Shown here: piece by piece, positions 20,898-30,582 of the stretch
Numbering within the stretch: position 1 is the first letter of the stretch
Layout: each line of letters opens with the position of its first letter
Origin: an uncultured Acidobacteriota bacterium
Lineage (GTDB): Bacteria > Acidobacteriota > Thermoanaerobaculia > Multivoradales > DATKCC01
Assembly (NCBI GenBank): GCA_963843755.1
Contig: CAWJLS010000002.1
Span: forward strand, 385,279-449,278
Direction of reading: 5' to 3'
DNA: 64,000 nt
Notes under the pieces: model-generated
What the model was told of the DNA's origin: nothing
Database searches by the model: none
What the model saw: the letters and a program-made list of their open reading frames with translations, nothing else
Translations under genes and position numbers: made by a program

Positions 20898-21692
20898 GGC
20901 TCGGACGAGTCGGCGCCGGCCAGCAGGTGCCGCTCGCCCGGCTCGGGGGCCGGACGCGGCAGCAGGCGGAGGCGCAGCAGGTGGTAGGCGGCCTTGAACA
21001 CTTCGGTCGCCGAGATCTTCGACCGCCCCCCCTCGCGGTCGCAGAAGACGATCGGCACCTCGGCGATGGAGAGCGCCAGCCGGTCGGCGAGGAAGGCGAT
21101 CTCCTCGAGGAACGAGTAGCCGGAGCTGCGGATCGAGGCGAGCGGCAGCCGGGCCAGCGTGCTCGCCCGGTAGACCCGGAAGCCGGAGGTCACGTCGCGC
21201 ACCGGCAGGCGGAGCACCGTGCGCGCCAGCAGGTTGGCGTTGCGCGACAGCAGCCGGCGGTGGAGGCCCCAGTTCTCGATCCCGCCGCCGTCGACGTAGC
21301 GTGAGCCGATGACCAGGTCGGCGTTCTCGACGGCCGCCAGCAGCGCCGGCAGGTGGGCCGGATCGTGGCTCAGGTCGGCGTCCATGGTGACGATCGGGTC
21401 GAACCCGCCGTCGAGCCCGGCCGCGAAGCCGGCGAGGTAGGCGGTGCCCAGGCCGAGCTTGGCCGGCCGGGGCAGCAGGCGGATGCGTTCGTCGTCGCGC
21501 GCCGAGGGAGCGGACCCGCTCGGCGGTGCCGTCGGGCGAGGCGTCGTCGACGAACAGGACCGTGGCGCCGGGGGCGTGCTCCAGGATGCGGCGCGCGAGA
21601 GGGCCGACGTTGTCGGCCTCGTCGAAGGTGGGGACGACGATCAGCGGGCGTCTCTCGGGGTCGGGACGTCGCGAGGCGGGTGCGATGACCAC
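20894..21692 (-). pseudogene. GT2 polyprenol-phosphate glycosyltransferase (Dpm1/Ppm1-like), one frame break
   Basis: GTG 21692: MVIAPASRRPDPERRPLIVVPTFDEADNVGPL...VLFVDDASPDGTAERVRSL. After about 21495-21506 it continues as ARDDERIRLLPRPAKLGLGTAYLAGF...TMDADLSHDPAHLP...GSRYV...SGFRVYR (ORF 20894..21385). Confidence 0.75.
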
Positions 21693-21706
21693 CGGGTGAG
21701 GGTAGC

Positions 21707-23635
21707 ATGGCGATCGGCGAAAACAGAGCTGCTGCCGAGGGGCCGGCCCGGCCCGCGGGGGCGCTCGCAGGGCACGGGAGGTACCGGTTGCGCCAGCAGG
21801 TCGAACAGGACGGACGCCACCGCGGGGCGGGGAGCGCGCCGCGGCGTTGGAGGGCGGCCCGGATCGTGCTCGGGGCCGCCATCCGAGCTGTCATCCGAGC
21901 TGTCATCCGGACGGGGACCCCTTGCGGGTCGATCGGGTTGGGGGTGCTGGCCGTTCTGGCCGGTCTGGCCGCTCTGCCGGGGGCCGTCCCGGCGCGGGCC
22001 GAGGGCATCCGCCTGCGCGAGGTCTCGAAGGAGTGGGGCCTGGTGTTCCGCCACCACCACGGCGGCTCCGGCAAGCGCTACATGCCGGAGAGCGTGGTCG
22101 GAGGGGTGGTCATCTTCGACTACGATTCCGACGGCGACCCGGACGTCTTCTTCGTCGACGGCGCGCCGCTGCCCGGCTACACCGGCGAGACCCCGAAATC
22201 GCGCCTGTTTCGCAACGACGGCGGCGGCCGGTTCGTCGACGTGACCGACGCCGCGGGCATCGACGTCGACGCCTACGGGGCCGGCGGCGCGGCCGGAGAC
22301 ATCGACGGCGACGGCGACCTGGACCTCTACGTGACGGCGTTCGGCCCCAACCGGCTGTTCCGCAACGACGGCGACGGGACCTTCACGGAGATCGGCGCCG
22401 CGGCCGGGGTCGACGATCCGGATTGGAGCGAGTCGACCACCTTCTTCGACGCCGACCGGGACGGCGACCTCGACCTCTACGTGGTCAACTACGTCGACTT
22501 CACGCTCGCGACCCACAAGTTCTGCGGCGATCCGGTGAACGGCATCCAGGGCTACTGCCATCCCGACGCCTACGACGGGGTTCCGGACCGCTTCTACCGC
22601 AACCGGGGGGACGGCACCTTCGAGGACGCGACCGCCGAGGCCGGGCTCGCGGTCGAGGGGCGCGCCGGCCTGGGCGTGGCCGCCGGCGACCTGGACGGCG
22701 ACGGCTGGCCCGACCTCTACGTCGCCAACGATGCGGAGCCCAATTACCAGTTCCTCAACCGCGGCGACGGCACCTTCGAGGAGGTGGCCCTGCTCTCCGG
22801 CACGGCGACCAACGACCGCGGCGGGTCCGAGGGGAGCATGGGGGTGGCGCTCGGCGACGTCGACGGCGACGGCGGTCTCGACATCATGGTCACCAACTTC
22901 GAGTTCGAGTCCGATGCGCTGTACCGCAACGCCGGCTCGGGGATGTTCGTCGACGGCCGCTACACGACCAAGGTGGCGGAGCCGTCGCTGCCGATGCTCG
23001 CCTTCGGCATCGTGCTCGTCGACCTCGACCAGGACGGGGATCTGGACGCGGCGATCGGCGACGGGCACATCCTGGACAACGCGGAGGTGTTCAACCCGAT
23101 GAGCCGCCACGCCCAGCCCAACCGCATCCTGGAGAACCGGGGCAAGGGGCGCTTCGAGCAGCTCACCGGCACCGGCTTCGAGGAGCCGGTGAAGGTCACG
23201 CGCGCCGTCGCCGCGGGCGACCTCGACGGCGACGGCGACCCCGACCTGGTGGTGGTCAACGCCAACGACCTGGCGAGCGTCTACGAGAACCTGTCACCCG
23301 GCGCCGACGACGGCTGGCTGCAGGTGGATCTCCGGGGCAGCCGGAGCGACGCCTTCGGCATCGGGACCCGGCTCGAGCTCTCCGCCCCTCCTGGCACTGG
23401 CGGCACCGGCGAGCCTGCGGTCGAGGTCCGCGAGGTGGAGACCGGGTCGTCCTACCTCGCCCAGAGCTCGATCACCGCCCAGTTCGGGCTCGGCTCTGCG
23501 GCCGAGGTCGACCGCCTGCGGGTGCTCTGGCCGAGCGGCACCCGGCAGGAGATCCGCGACCTGCCGCCCGACCGCCGCCTGGTCGTCTACGAGGGCGCCG
23601 CCCAAGGCGATCCCGCCCCGGGCGGGACGCGTTAG
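21707..23635 (+). CDS. CRTAC1-type FG-GAP/ASPIC protein (paralogue 3), intact
   Basis: ORF 21707..23635. The likely start is GTG 21866, before the signal IGLGVLAVLAGLAALPGAVPARA. WGLVFRHHHGGSGKRYM..., FG-GAP units (DIDGDGDLDLYV, FRNDGDGTFTE). ASPIC tail WLQVDLRG...GIGTRLEL...ETGSSYLAQSSITAQFGLG...LRVLWPSG. Confidence 0.88.
   Translation: MAIGENRAAAEGPARPAGALAGHGRYRLRQQVEQDGRHRGAGSAPRRWRAARIVLGAAIRAVIRAVIRTGTPCGSIGLGVLAVLAGLAALPGAVPARAEGIRLREVSKEWGLVFRHHHGGSGKRYMPESVVGGVVIFDYDSDGDPDVFFVDGAPLPGYTGETPKSRLFRNDGGGRFVDVTDAAGIDVDAYGAGGAAGDIDGDGDLDLYVTAFGPNRLFRNDGDGTFTEIGAAAGVDDPDWSESTTFFDADRDGDLDLYVVNYVDFTLATHKFCGDPVNGIQGYCHPDAYDGVPDRFYRNRGDGTFEDATAEAGLAVEGRAGLGVAAGDLDGDGWPDLYVANDAEPNYQFLNRGDGTFEEVALLSGTATNDRGGSEGSMGVALGDVDGDGGLDIMVTNFEFESDALYRNAGSGMFVDGRYTTKVAEPSLPMLAFGIVLVDLDQDGDLDAAIGDGHILDNAEVFNPMSRHAQPNRILENRGKGRFEQLTGTGFEEPVKVTRAVAAGDLDGDGDPDLVVVNANDLASVYENLSPGADDGWLQVDLRGSRSDAFGIGTRLELSAPPGTGGTGEPAVEVREVETGSSYLAQSSITAQFGLGSAAEVDRLRVLWPSGTRQEIRDLPPDRRLVVYEGAAQGDPAPGGTR
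21880..21909. repeat. 12-bp tandem repeat x2.5 (catccgagctgt)
   Basis: 21880-21891, 21892-21903 and a partial unit at 21904-21909. Encodes AIRAVIRAVIR in the N-terminal region of CRTAC1 paralogue 3. Confidence 0.9.
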
Positions 23636-23652
23636 CGGGTCCCGCCACCTCG

Positions 23653-23685
23653 AAGGGGCGACCCCCGGGCGGGGGCGTCCCCTTT
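23653..23685. terminator. hairpin between convergent genes (possible bidirectional terminator)
   Basis: aaggggcgaccccc-gggc-gggggcgtcccctt. The outer (aagggg/cccctt) and inner (ccccc/ggggg) arms pair around a small internal loop. A T-run follows on the plus strand. It lies between stops at 23635 and 23698. Confidence 0.4.
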
Positions 23686-23697
23686 GCTTCCGGAGGC

Positions 23698-25364
23698 CTA
23701 CGACTTGGAGCTCTTCTCCAGGCGGTCCAGGTTCGCCTTCGCCTGCGGATCGTCCGGCCGGATCTCCAGGACCTTCTTCGAGCAGGGTCCGGGCTTCGTC
23801 CTTCTCTCCCTTGACCAGCAGCACCACCGCCAGGTCGTTGAGCGCCGGCACGTGGTCGGGCGCGAGCTCGATGGCGTGGCGCAGGGCGGCCTCGGCGGCG
23901 CCGAAGTCCTTCTGCGCCATCTTGACCGTGCCCAACTGGTAGACCGCGTTCGGGTCGTTCGGCGCCAGCGCCAGGGCCTTCTGGGCCTGGTCGAGCGCTT
24001 CGTCGGGGCGCCCCAGGATGAGCAGCGCCCGGGAGGCCAGCAACCGGGGGCGGAGGTCGTTCGGTGCCAGCTCGATCTCCCCCTCCATCAGCTTGAGCGC
24101 CTCCTCGGTCTGCCCCTGGGCGAGCATTGCCCGCGCGCGGTCGACCTTCGCCCCCGTCGGATCGTCCCGCGCCTCGCGGATGCGGTTGATGCGGTCGGTC
24201 TCGTTGCCCTCCGCCTTGGCCACCTCCTGGAACTTCTGGAGCGCCTCTCGCGCCTCGTCGCGCTTGCCGGTCGCCGCCAGGGCCTGGCCGTAGGCCTGCC
24301 AGGCCTCCTTGTCGCGGGGGTGCACCTGGGTGGCCAGGTGCAGGTAGGGCACGGCGTCGGCAGGCCGGCCGGCGGCCAGGAGCCAACGGCCGAAGTCCTG
24401 GACGATGTCGGACGGCGACCGGCCAGCGCGGGTTGTTCTCGTCGGGCGAGTGGGCGAGCACCGGCTCGGCGAACGGCTGGAGCGTCTCGATCGCCTTCTG
24501 GACGTCCCCGTTCTGGTAGTAGGCCCGTCCCAGTTGCAGGTGGCCGGCGGGGCCGATGGCGTGGCCCTCGAGGATGCCGATCACCTCCTCCGCCTTGCCG
24601 ATCTGGAGATAGGCGTCGGCCAGGAGGTTGCGGGCGTCGTTGGTCATCTGCGGTGGGATCTCGTCCGACTCGTCGAGCAGGGGGCGCAGCGTCGCCACCG
24701 CGCCCGGCGGATCGTTCTTGAGCAGCAGCAGGTTGCCCCAGGCCAGACGGACCTGGGGGTCGGTCTGGGGCAGATCGGACAGGAGCTCCTCGGCGTCCGG
24801 CGGCCGGTTCAGGCGGATCGCCGCGAAGGCCGCGGCCAGCCGGGCGTCCTTGTCGTCCGGGTGGGTCTTCGCCCAGGGCATCAGCAGGGTCAGCGCCTCG
24901 CGATAGCGGTTCTCCTGGCCGCGGAGGAGCCCGAGCTCCCGGGAGGCGGGCGTTCCCGGCTGGAGCTTGACCGACCGCTCGAAGAACTTCTCGGCCTTGA
25001 GCACCTTGCCGATCTTGAGCGCCGCGCGCCCGGCGTTGTAGAGCACGGCGGCGTTGGCGTCGGGCGCCTCGGCCATCGGCCCCAGCAGGTCGTAGGCATC
25101 GCCGAGGCGGTTCGCCTGGATGTAGAGCACGCCGAGGGTCGCCAGTACCTGGGGCGGGGTGTCGGCGCGGTCCTTGAGCGGTTCGAGCAGCGCGATGCCC
25201 GCCTCCGGGTGGTCGTCGCCGGCGCGGTCGAGGGCCTCCCGCAGGAGGGCCATCGGATCCTGCGCGGACGGTTCAGCCGGCGGCGTCTGCTGGGAGACCG
25301 CGACGGCCGGCGCGCCGAGGCAGAGGGTGAGGAGGAGCGGGAGAGCGAGGGTCGTTCGGTTCAT
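23698..25364 (-). pseudogene. exported TPR-repeat protein, frame broken twice
   Basis: ATG 25364 (ATGA overlap) gives MNRTTLALPLLLTLCLGAPAVAVSQQ, then TPR units. Homology passes from ORF 23472..27578 to ORF 23294..24352 near 24420-24430. It moves to a third frame near 23774-23783 (LLEKVLEIRPDDPQAKANLDRLEKSSKS, stop 23700-23698). Confidence 0.7.
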
Positions 25365-27700
25365 GACGGGTGCTTCTCGGGGTCGTGGGCGTGGGGGGTG
25401 ACGGGTCGGTGCGCTCCCAGCGTGATGCGTCGCTGCTCGACGGGTTCGAGCCGGGGGCGCCCTTCGACTACTCGATAGTAGCGGTTCGGGGCGACGTTTT
25501 CGAAGCTCTGGCGTGTGCCGCTGCCGGGCCAGGCGATGGTGACGCGCTCGATGGCGTCGGCCGGGCCGAGCCCGATCTCCTGTTGCAGGCTCGAGCCGCC
25601 GAACGAGCCGCCGGTGCCGGCGACGACGTGGACCGAGCGGGTCGTCTCTCCCTGCCGGACCCGGACCTCGATGCGCGCCCCGACGCCGAACCGGTTGGCC
25701 CTGCGCCCTTCGAGGCGGAGCACGATCCAGGCGTTGTCCGAGCCCGGGTTCTCCCACAGCGCGTTGCGGAAGCCGTCGTAGGGGAAGGCGCCGCCGAGCT
25801 GCTCGAAGAGGTCCTGGTCGCCGTCGCCGTCGAGGTCGCCGAAGGCCACGCCGTGGCCCTTCTGGAGCTGGCCGAAGCCGCCGGAGAAGGTGACGTCCTG
25901 GAACCGGCGCCCGCCGTCGTTGCGGTACATCACGTTGGGCATGATCGACTGGAAGTCGGGCACCCCGGTGCCGAGGTAGACGTCCGGGTAGCCGTCGTTG
26001 TCCAGGTCGCCGTAGTTCGTGCCCATGGGGAGGCTCGGACGGTGGAGGCCCATGGCGGCGGAGACGTCGGTGAAGGTGCCGTCGCCGTCGTTGCGGTAGA
26101 GCACCGGTGCCGCATCCGCGGTGGGGAGGCCGAGGTAGGAGGCGAGCACCTGGGCCACCGGCGCGTCGTAGCGGTTGACCCAGAGGTCGAGGTCGCCGTC
26201 GTCGTCGAAGTCGAAGAACCAGCTCCCGAAGCTGCCTCGGGCGGGCTCGGTGACGCCGAGCGCGGGCGCCACGTCGGTGAAGGTGCCGTCGCCGTTGTTG
26301 CGGTAGAGCCGGTTCGGGCCGATGTTCGAGACGTAGAGGTCCGGGTCGCCGTCGCCGTCGTAGTCGCCCCAGGCGACGCTCTTGGCGAAGCGCAGGTTGG
26401 TGACGCCGGCTGCCCGGGCGACGTCGGTGAAGGTGCCGTCGCCGTTGTTGCGGAAGAGCTGGGAGGGGTAGGGGCGGCCGGTCCGGCCGTGGAGCGAGGT
26501 CGGTTGGGTCGTGCCGACCGGCGACTCGTTGCCGATCGCCAGGTCGAGGTCGCCGTCGCCGTCGTAGTCGGCCCACGACGCCGCCTGGGTCGGGTAGGCG
26601 GGGTAGGCCAGTCCGGCCGCCGCCGTGACGTCGACGAAGCGCCCGGCGTCCCGTTTCAGATCGTTGCGCAGCAGGGAGTTGCGCATCCTGCCGTCCTCGC
26701 CCAGCCAGGCGCCGCGCATCACCAGCAGGTCCGGCATGCCGTCGTTGTCGAAATCGGCCTGCACCAGGTTGAGGCCGCCGAGCTGGGAGTCGAGCCCCCA
26801 GGAGTGGGTGACGTCCTCGAACCCGCCCTGTCCGTCGTTGCGCCAGGCCTTCATCGGCGTGCACGGGTCCCACGACGAGGTCACGATGTCGAGCAGGCCG
26901 TCGCCGTCGAAGTCCTCCATGGCGGCGCCCCCGGACAGGTCCACTCCCTCGATGCCGACGGCGGCAGAGACGTCGGTCCAGTGAGGGAACGGGGCCTCGG
27001 GGTCGAGGGCTCCGGGCGCCGGCCGGAGCGGCGCGGGCACGCCATCGGGGAACTGGCCCGTGAGCATGCGCGAGAGGTTGAGCAGCCAGCGTGACGCGAT
27101 GTCGTCCGGCTGGTCGCCGAGTGCCGCCAGGAACAGGTCGCCGGCCTTCTGTGCCTCCTCGGGGCGGCGGTGCACGGCCTCGGGGGAGAGCGGGAGGATG
27201 CAACTGGACGGCGTGTTGAGGTCGAGGCAGTTCTGGTCCTCGGCGAGCTGGAAGTGGGCCATGGCGAGGGTCGCCAGCACCCGGAAGCGGAGCTCGTGGT
27301 CGTCGGCCAGGTCGTCCTGTTCGAGCAGGCGGCGCGCGTCTTCGAGGCGGTCGATCGCATCGTCGAACCGTCCGAGGCGGATCAGCTCGTAGGCCAGGCG
27401 GCCCAGGCGGATGACCTTGCGCCGCGGGTCGTGCTCGGCCTCCGCCGCAGCCTCGGCCTGCTCGGCCGGCAGGCGTCCGAAGTAGGGGTTGTCGCTCGCC
27501 TGGAGACGCTGGCAGATCGCCTCGAGCTCGAGCTTGGTCGCCTCGGGGCTCGGGTACGGGCTCTCTTCGGCGCGACACGGACGGTTCAGGGCCCCGACGA
27601 GGGCGGCCAGGGCGAGGAGGCCGAGTGCCGCCAGGGCGAGCCGGGTACCGTCCATGGGCTGGAGCCGGGAACCCGGGCGGCTTCCCGGGTCGCCGCTCAT
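25361..27700 (-). CDS. CRTAC1-type protein with helical/TPR-like N-domain, FG-GAP repeats and ASPIC C-terminus (paralogue 4), intact
   Basis: Part of ORF 25361..28633. Start is ATG 27700 (ATGA overlap with the methyltransferase stop) or ATG 27655 (MDGTRLALAALGLLALAALVGA). FDGDGLLDIV, ADFDNDGMPDLLV, ADYDGDGDLDLAI, YRNNGDGTFTDV repeated. Tail WIVLRLEG...GARIEV...AGTGGSFGGSSLQQEIGLG...IAWPGSG. Confidence 0.88.
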   Translation of the reverse strand: MSGDPGSRPGSRLQPMDGTRLALAALGLLALAALVGALNRPCRAEESPYPSPEATKLELEAICQRLQASDNPYFGRLPAEQAEAAAEAEHDPRRKVIRLGRLAYELIRLGRFDDAIDRLEDARRLLEQDDLADDHELRFRVLATLAMAHFQLAEDQNCLDLNTPSSCILPLSPEAVHRRPEEAQKAGDLFLAALGDQPDDIASRWLLNLSRMLTGQFPDGVPAPLRPAPGALDPEAPFPHWTDVSAAVGIEGVDLSGGAAMEDFDGDGLLDIVTSSWDPCTPMKAWRNDGQGGFEDVTHSWGLDSQLGGLNLVQADFDNDGMPDLLVMRGAWLGEDGRMRNSLLRNDLKRDAGRFVDVTAAAGLAYPAYPTQAASWADYDGDGDLDLAIGNESPVGTTQPTSLHGRTGRPYPSQLFRNNGDGTFTDVARAAGVTNLRFAKSVAWGDYDGDGDPDLYVSNIGPNRLYRNNGDGTFTDVAPALGVTEPARGSFGSWFFDFDDDGDLDLWVNRYDAPVAQVLASYLGLPTADAAPVLYRNDGDGTFTDVSAAMGLHRPSLPMGTNYGDLDNDGYPDVYLGTGVPDFQSIMPNVMYRNDGGRRFQDVTFSGGFGQLQKGHGVAFGDLDGDGDQDLFEQLGGAFPYDGFRNALWENPGSDNAWIVLRLEGRRANRFGVGARIEVRVRQGETTRSVHVVAGTGGSFGGSSLQQEIGLGPADAIERVTIAWPGSGTRQSFENVAPNRYYRVVEGRPRLEPVEQRRITLGAHRPVTPHAHDPEKHPS

Positions 27701-28614
27701 CTCCCAGGAAGCCGGAAGAGGAGGAAGTAGTAGCGCTTGTTGCGGCGGAACTCGTCGCTGTCCACCAGCTTCTTGAGCTCGAGGAACTTGGCGATCCGCC
27801 CGCGGAGCAGCCAGCGGGCGGCGCGTGCCATGTGCGGGTGGCGCGAGGCGAAGGTGTCGGACGCCATGCTCAGGCACGGCTCGACATAGCTCTCGAGCCA
27901 GCTCTGGGCCAGGGCGAGGGTGGGCACGACCGCCTCGGTCACGTCCTCGCTCCGCTCGAGGTGTAGCTCCGAGGCCTCGGCCTTCTCCAGGAAGTCGTCG
28001 AGGGGGTGGCCGCTCTTGGCCAGCGTGCCGCGGCAGCCGTTGACCGTGAAGTAGTCGGCCACCAGGAGGTACCCGCCCGGCGTGCCGGAGCGCCGGACCG
28101 AGGGGAAGATCCGGTCCAGCCAGATGTACTGGGCCGACTCGCTCATCAGCACCAGGTCGTAGGAGCCGGTCGGCTCGAACTCCTGGAACCGGTTCAGGTG
28201 GAACGGCTCGGCCACCCGGCGGGCGAAGACGTCCCGGTGGTAGGGGTCGGGCGACAGGCCCTCGACCCGGTAGCCGGCCTCCTTGAGCAGCAGGGCGGTG
28301 GAGCCGGTGCCGCAGCCGACGTCGAGGACGCTCCGGACCCCGTCCGGAATCCACTCGCGCAGGTGGGACGAGAACCGGTTCTGGGCGGCCTTGAGCCCCG
28401 CCAGGTTGCGCGGCTCGCCGTTCCACAGGCCGTAGTGCAGGTGATCGAGCCCCAGGACCTCGTGGTAGAAGCGAAGGGCCGCGTTGACCTTCACCTTGCG
28501 GGGGCTCTCCCGCAGGATCAGACGGCGGAGCAGCCCCGGCGGCGAGACGCTGGGGGACGCTTTCGCTCGGCGCGGTACGCCCTCGCGGACCTTCGTCGAG
28601 GACCGTCTGATCAC
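27697..28614 (-). CDS. class I SAM-dependent methyltransferase
   Basis: ORF 27697..28614 (305 aa). FYHEVLGLDHLHYGLWNG pre-motif, SAM-binding VLDVGCGTGSTALLLKEAGYRVEGLS, and YDLVLMSESAQY post-I/II motifs. Confidence 0.8.
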   Translation of the reverse strand: MIRRSSTKVREGVPRRAKASPSVSPPGLLRRLILRESPRKVKVNAALRFYHEVLGLDHLHYGLWNGEPRNLAGLKAAQNRFSSHLREWIPDGVRSVLDVGCGTGSTALLLKEAGYRVEGLSPDPYHRDVFARRVAEPFHLNRFQEFEPTGSYDLVLMSESAQYIWLDRIFPSVRRSGTPGGYLLVADYFTVNGCRGTLAKSGHPLDDFLEKAEASELHLERSEDVTEAVVPTLALAQSWLESYVEPCLSMASDTFASRHPHMARAARWLLRGRIAKFLELKKLVDSDEFRRNKRYYFLLFRLPGR

Positions 28615-28675
28615 TCACAGTGGCTTCGTGCACGGACGGATCTTAGCAGTCCGGGGCTCGCGGCGCGAACCGGCC

Positions 28676-30582
28676 TCAGGCCCCGCCGTCCGCTCCTTTC
28701 GGGCGTTTCGAGCGCCGGGTCCGCACTGGTTCGCGCACCTGGTTCGAGGCGCAGCGATAGCCTCCGTTGTGGATCACGCTGCCCACTAGCGGGGGCAGCA
28801 GATCGAGTCGCGTCCCCATCGCCTGGAACCGCTCGCGGGCGAGGCGGTCGCCGGCGCGGAATCCGGGAGGCGAAGCCTTCGGCCCGCGGCTCGCCGTTCC
28901 GGACGTCGAGCACGACGTTGTTCCAGCCGAGGACGAAGTCCGGGTAGTCGAGCGCGTCCGGTCACCGTCGAGCAGGGCGACCGGGACCAGGAGCAGCGGC
29001 AGGCGCCCGACGGTGAGCCCGGCGCCCTCCAGGTGCTCCGCGATCAGGTCGAGGAAGCCTTCGAGGCCGGTGGCGCGGGCGCCCTTCTGGTAGGCGAGGA
29101 GCCGGGAGGTGAGCTCGCTGCCACCGGCGCCCAGATGGTAGGTCTCGCGGAGCGCCAGCAGGTCCTCGGGGCCGAGGTCCGCGAGCAGCCGCCTGCCGCC
29201 GTCGACGTCGCCGACCAGGGCGCTGAGGCCACCGTCCTTGCCCGGCAGCAGGGTGACGAGGGAGTCGAGGTCGTAGCCGGCGCCGCCGCCGATCCGGGCC
29301 ATAGACCGCGGCACGCTCCGTGGCGGGGCCGCTCTCCGGCAGGGCGTGCACCAGGTGGACCGGCTTGCCGTAGAAGCGCGCCATCTCGTCCATCGCCCGG
29401 TGGGCGGCCGCCAGGTACCGGTCGATCCCGGCGGTGGTACCGAACGTCTCGGACGGCACCCGATCGACCCCCAGATCGCCGAGGATCTGTTGTTCCAGGG
29501 AGTGGAGCGACAGCCACACTACGCCGTCGGCGCTCAGGATCTGCCCGGTGTGGAAGCGGATCGGGGCGGTGCTCCAGACCGGCCGGCCCCAGCGTCGATC
29601 GAGCGCCTCGGGCAGGTTCTGGACGATCTCCCGGGCCATGAAGAAGTCCTCCTCCCGCCCGGCCTGCCGGAACGGCCGGTCGACCAGCTCGAGCCCGCCG
29701 TCGTGCCGGAGCGCGACGTTGAACGGATCGCGCGGCCACGGGGAGTAGGCGCGGCCGTAGGTCTCGAGCAGGGTCAGCCCGAGGTTGCTGGCCGTGGGTT
29801 CGAGACTTCGGGTCATGGGCAGGTCGGTCAGGGCGACGAGCGCGCGCTCCGGAGCCAGGGCGTGGACCGCGGCGAGGAGCCGCCGGGCGTCGTCGGCGTC
29901 GACGTAGTTCGAAGGGCAAGGAGTAGATCGACGCCCGGACCGGGTCGGCGAGGTCGTCCGGGAAGGTCAGCTCCTCCGGGTGCATCGAAGCCTCGCGGGC
30001 GGCGCTCGACCGGGGAGCGGCCGACCAGGCGAGCTCGAGCGCTTCGGACTCGGCGAACGAGAGCCCGCCCACCTCGACGTAGAGGCTGTAGAGGATGCGG
30101 TCGCGGAGGGCGGGTGCCGTGCCGGGCGCCAGGCCGTGGGTGAGCAGGGGGACGACGTGCCGGCGGAAGTCCGGATCGGCGGCGAACCGGTCGGGGTCGC
30201 CGAGCAGCAGGAGGAGCACGCTCCGGGCGTCCGCGGTGGTCCACGGCCCGCCCCGGCGAGTCAGGCGCAGGCAGCGGGCCCGGGAGAGGGCGGTGAGCCG
30301 GTCGGCCGCCGCGTCGCGGGCCCCCGCGTCGGCGCCGGTGAGGCCGGCGAGCAGCGGGGCCAGCGCCTCGGCCCGGAGCTCGGGATGGCGGGCGAGGTGC
30401 TGCTCCAACCCGGCCGGATCGACAGGGCCGGCCGGGCTGGTGGCCCCGACGCCCTCCGCGCTCGTGGCCGGCGGCCCCAGGAGGGCCAGGATCGTCAGAC
30501 CGAAGAGCAGGCCCAGGAGCCTCTGCGCGCCGGCACCTCGGCTCAACGCGCCGTCTCCCGGAGCGCCGGGGCGTTCGGCCAC
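28676..30582 (-). pseudogene. exported protein with agmatine/peptidyl-arginine-deiminase-like (pentein-fold) C-terminal motifs, frame broken about 4 times
   Basis: N-terminal anchor RLLGLLFGLTILALLG. The probable start is TTG 30546 (TTGA overlap), or GTG 30582. Segments YSPWPRDPF, IRFHTGQILSADGVVWLS, GGGAGYDLDSLVTLLPG, LGWNNVVLDVRNGEP, AGDRLARERFQAMG...SVIHNGGYRCASNQV are spread over ORFs 29044..30582, 28962..29816, 28676..29314 and 28611..28913. Breaks near 29905-29912, 29300-29320, 28958-28966 and 28858-28872. Confidence 0.45.

Noticed and set aside
18060-21692. Apparent giant proteins: ORF 18060..21692 (-) of 1210 aa, ORF 23472..27578 (-) of 1368 aa, ORF 50539..53958 (-) of 1139 aa and ORF 25361..28633 (-) of 1090 aa.
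   Set aside because: Only parts of each translation look like real protein (GT2 N-terminus, GT39 N-half, sulfatase-like core, TPR N-half, ArnC-like tail, CRTAC1). The stretches between are Arg/Pro-rich out-of-frame read-through across neighbouring genes. They are concatenations created by the lack of stops, not fusions.
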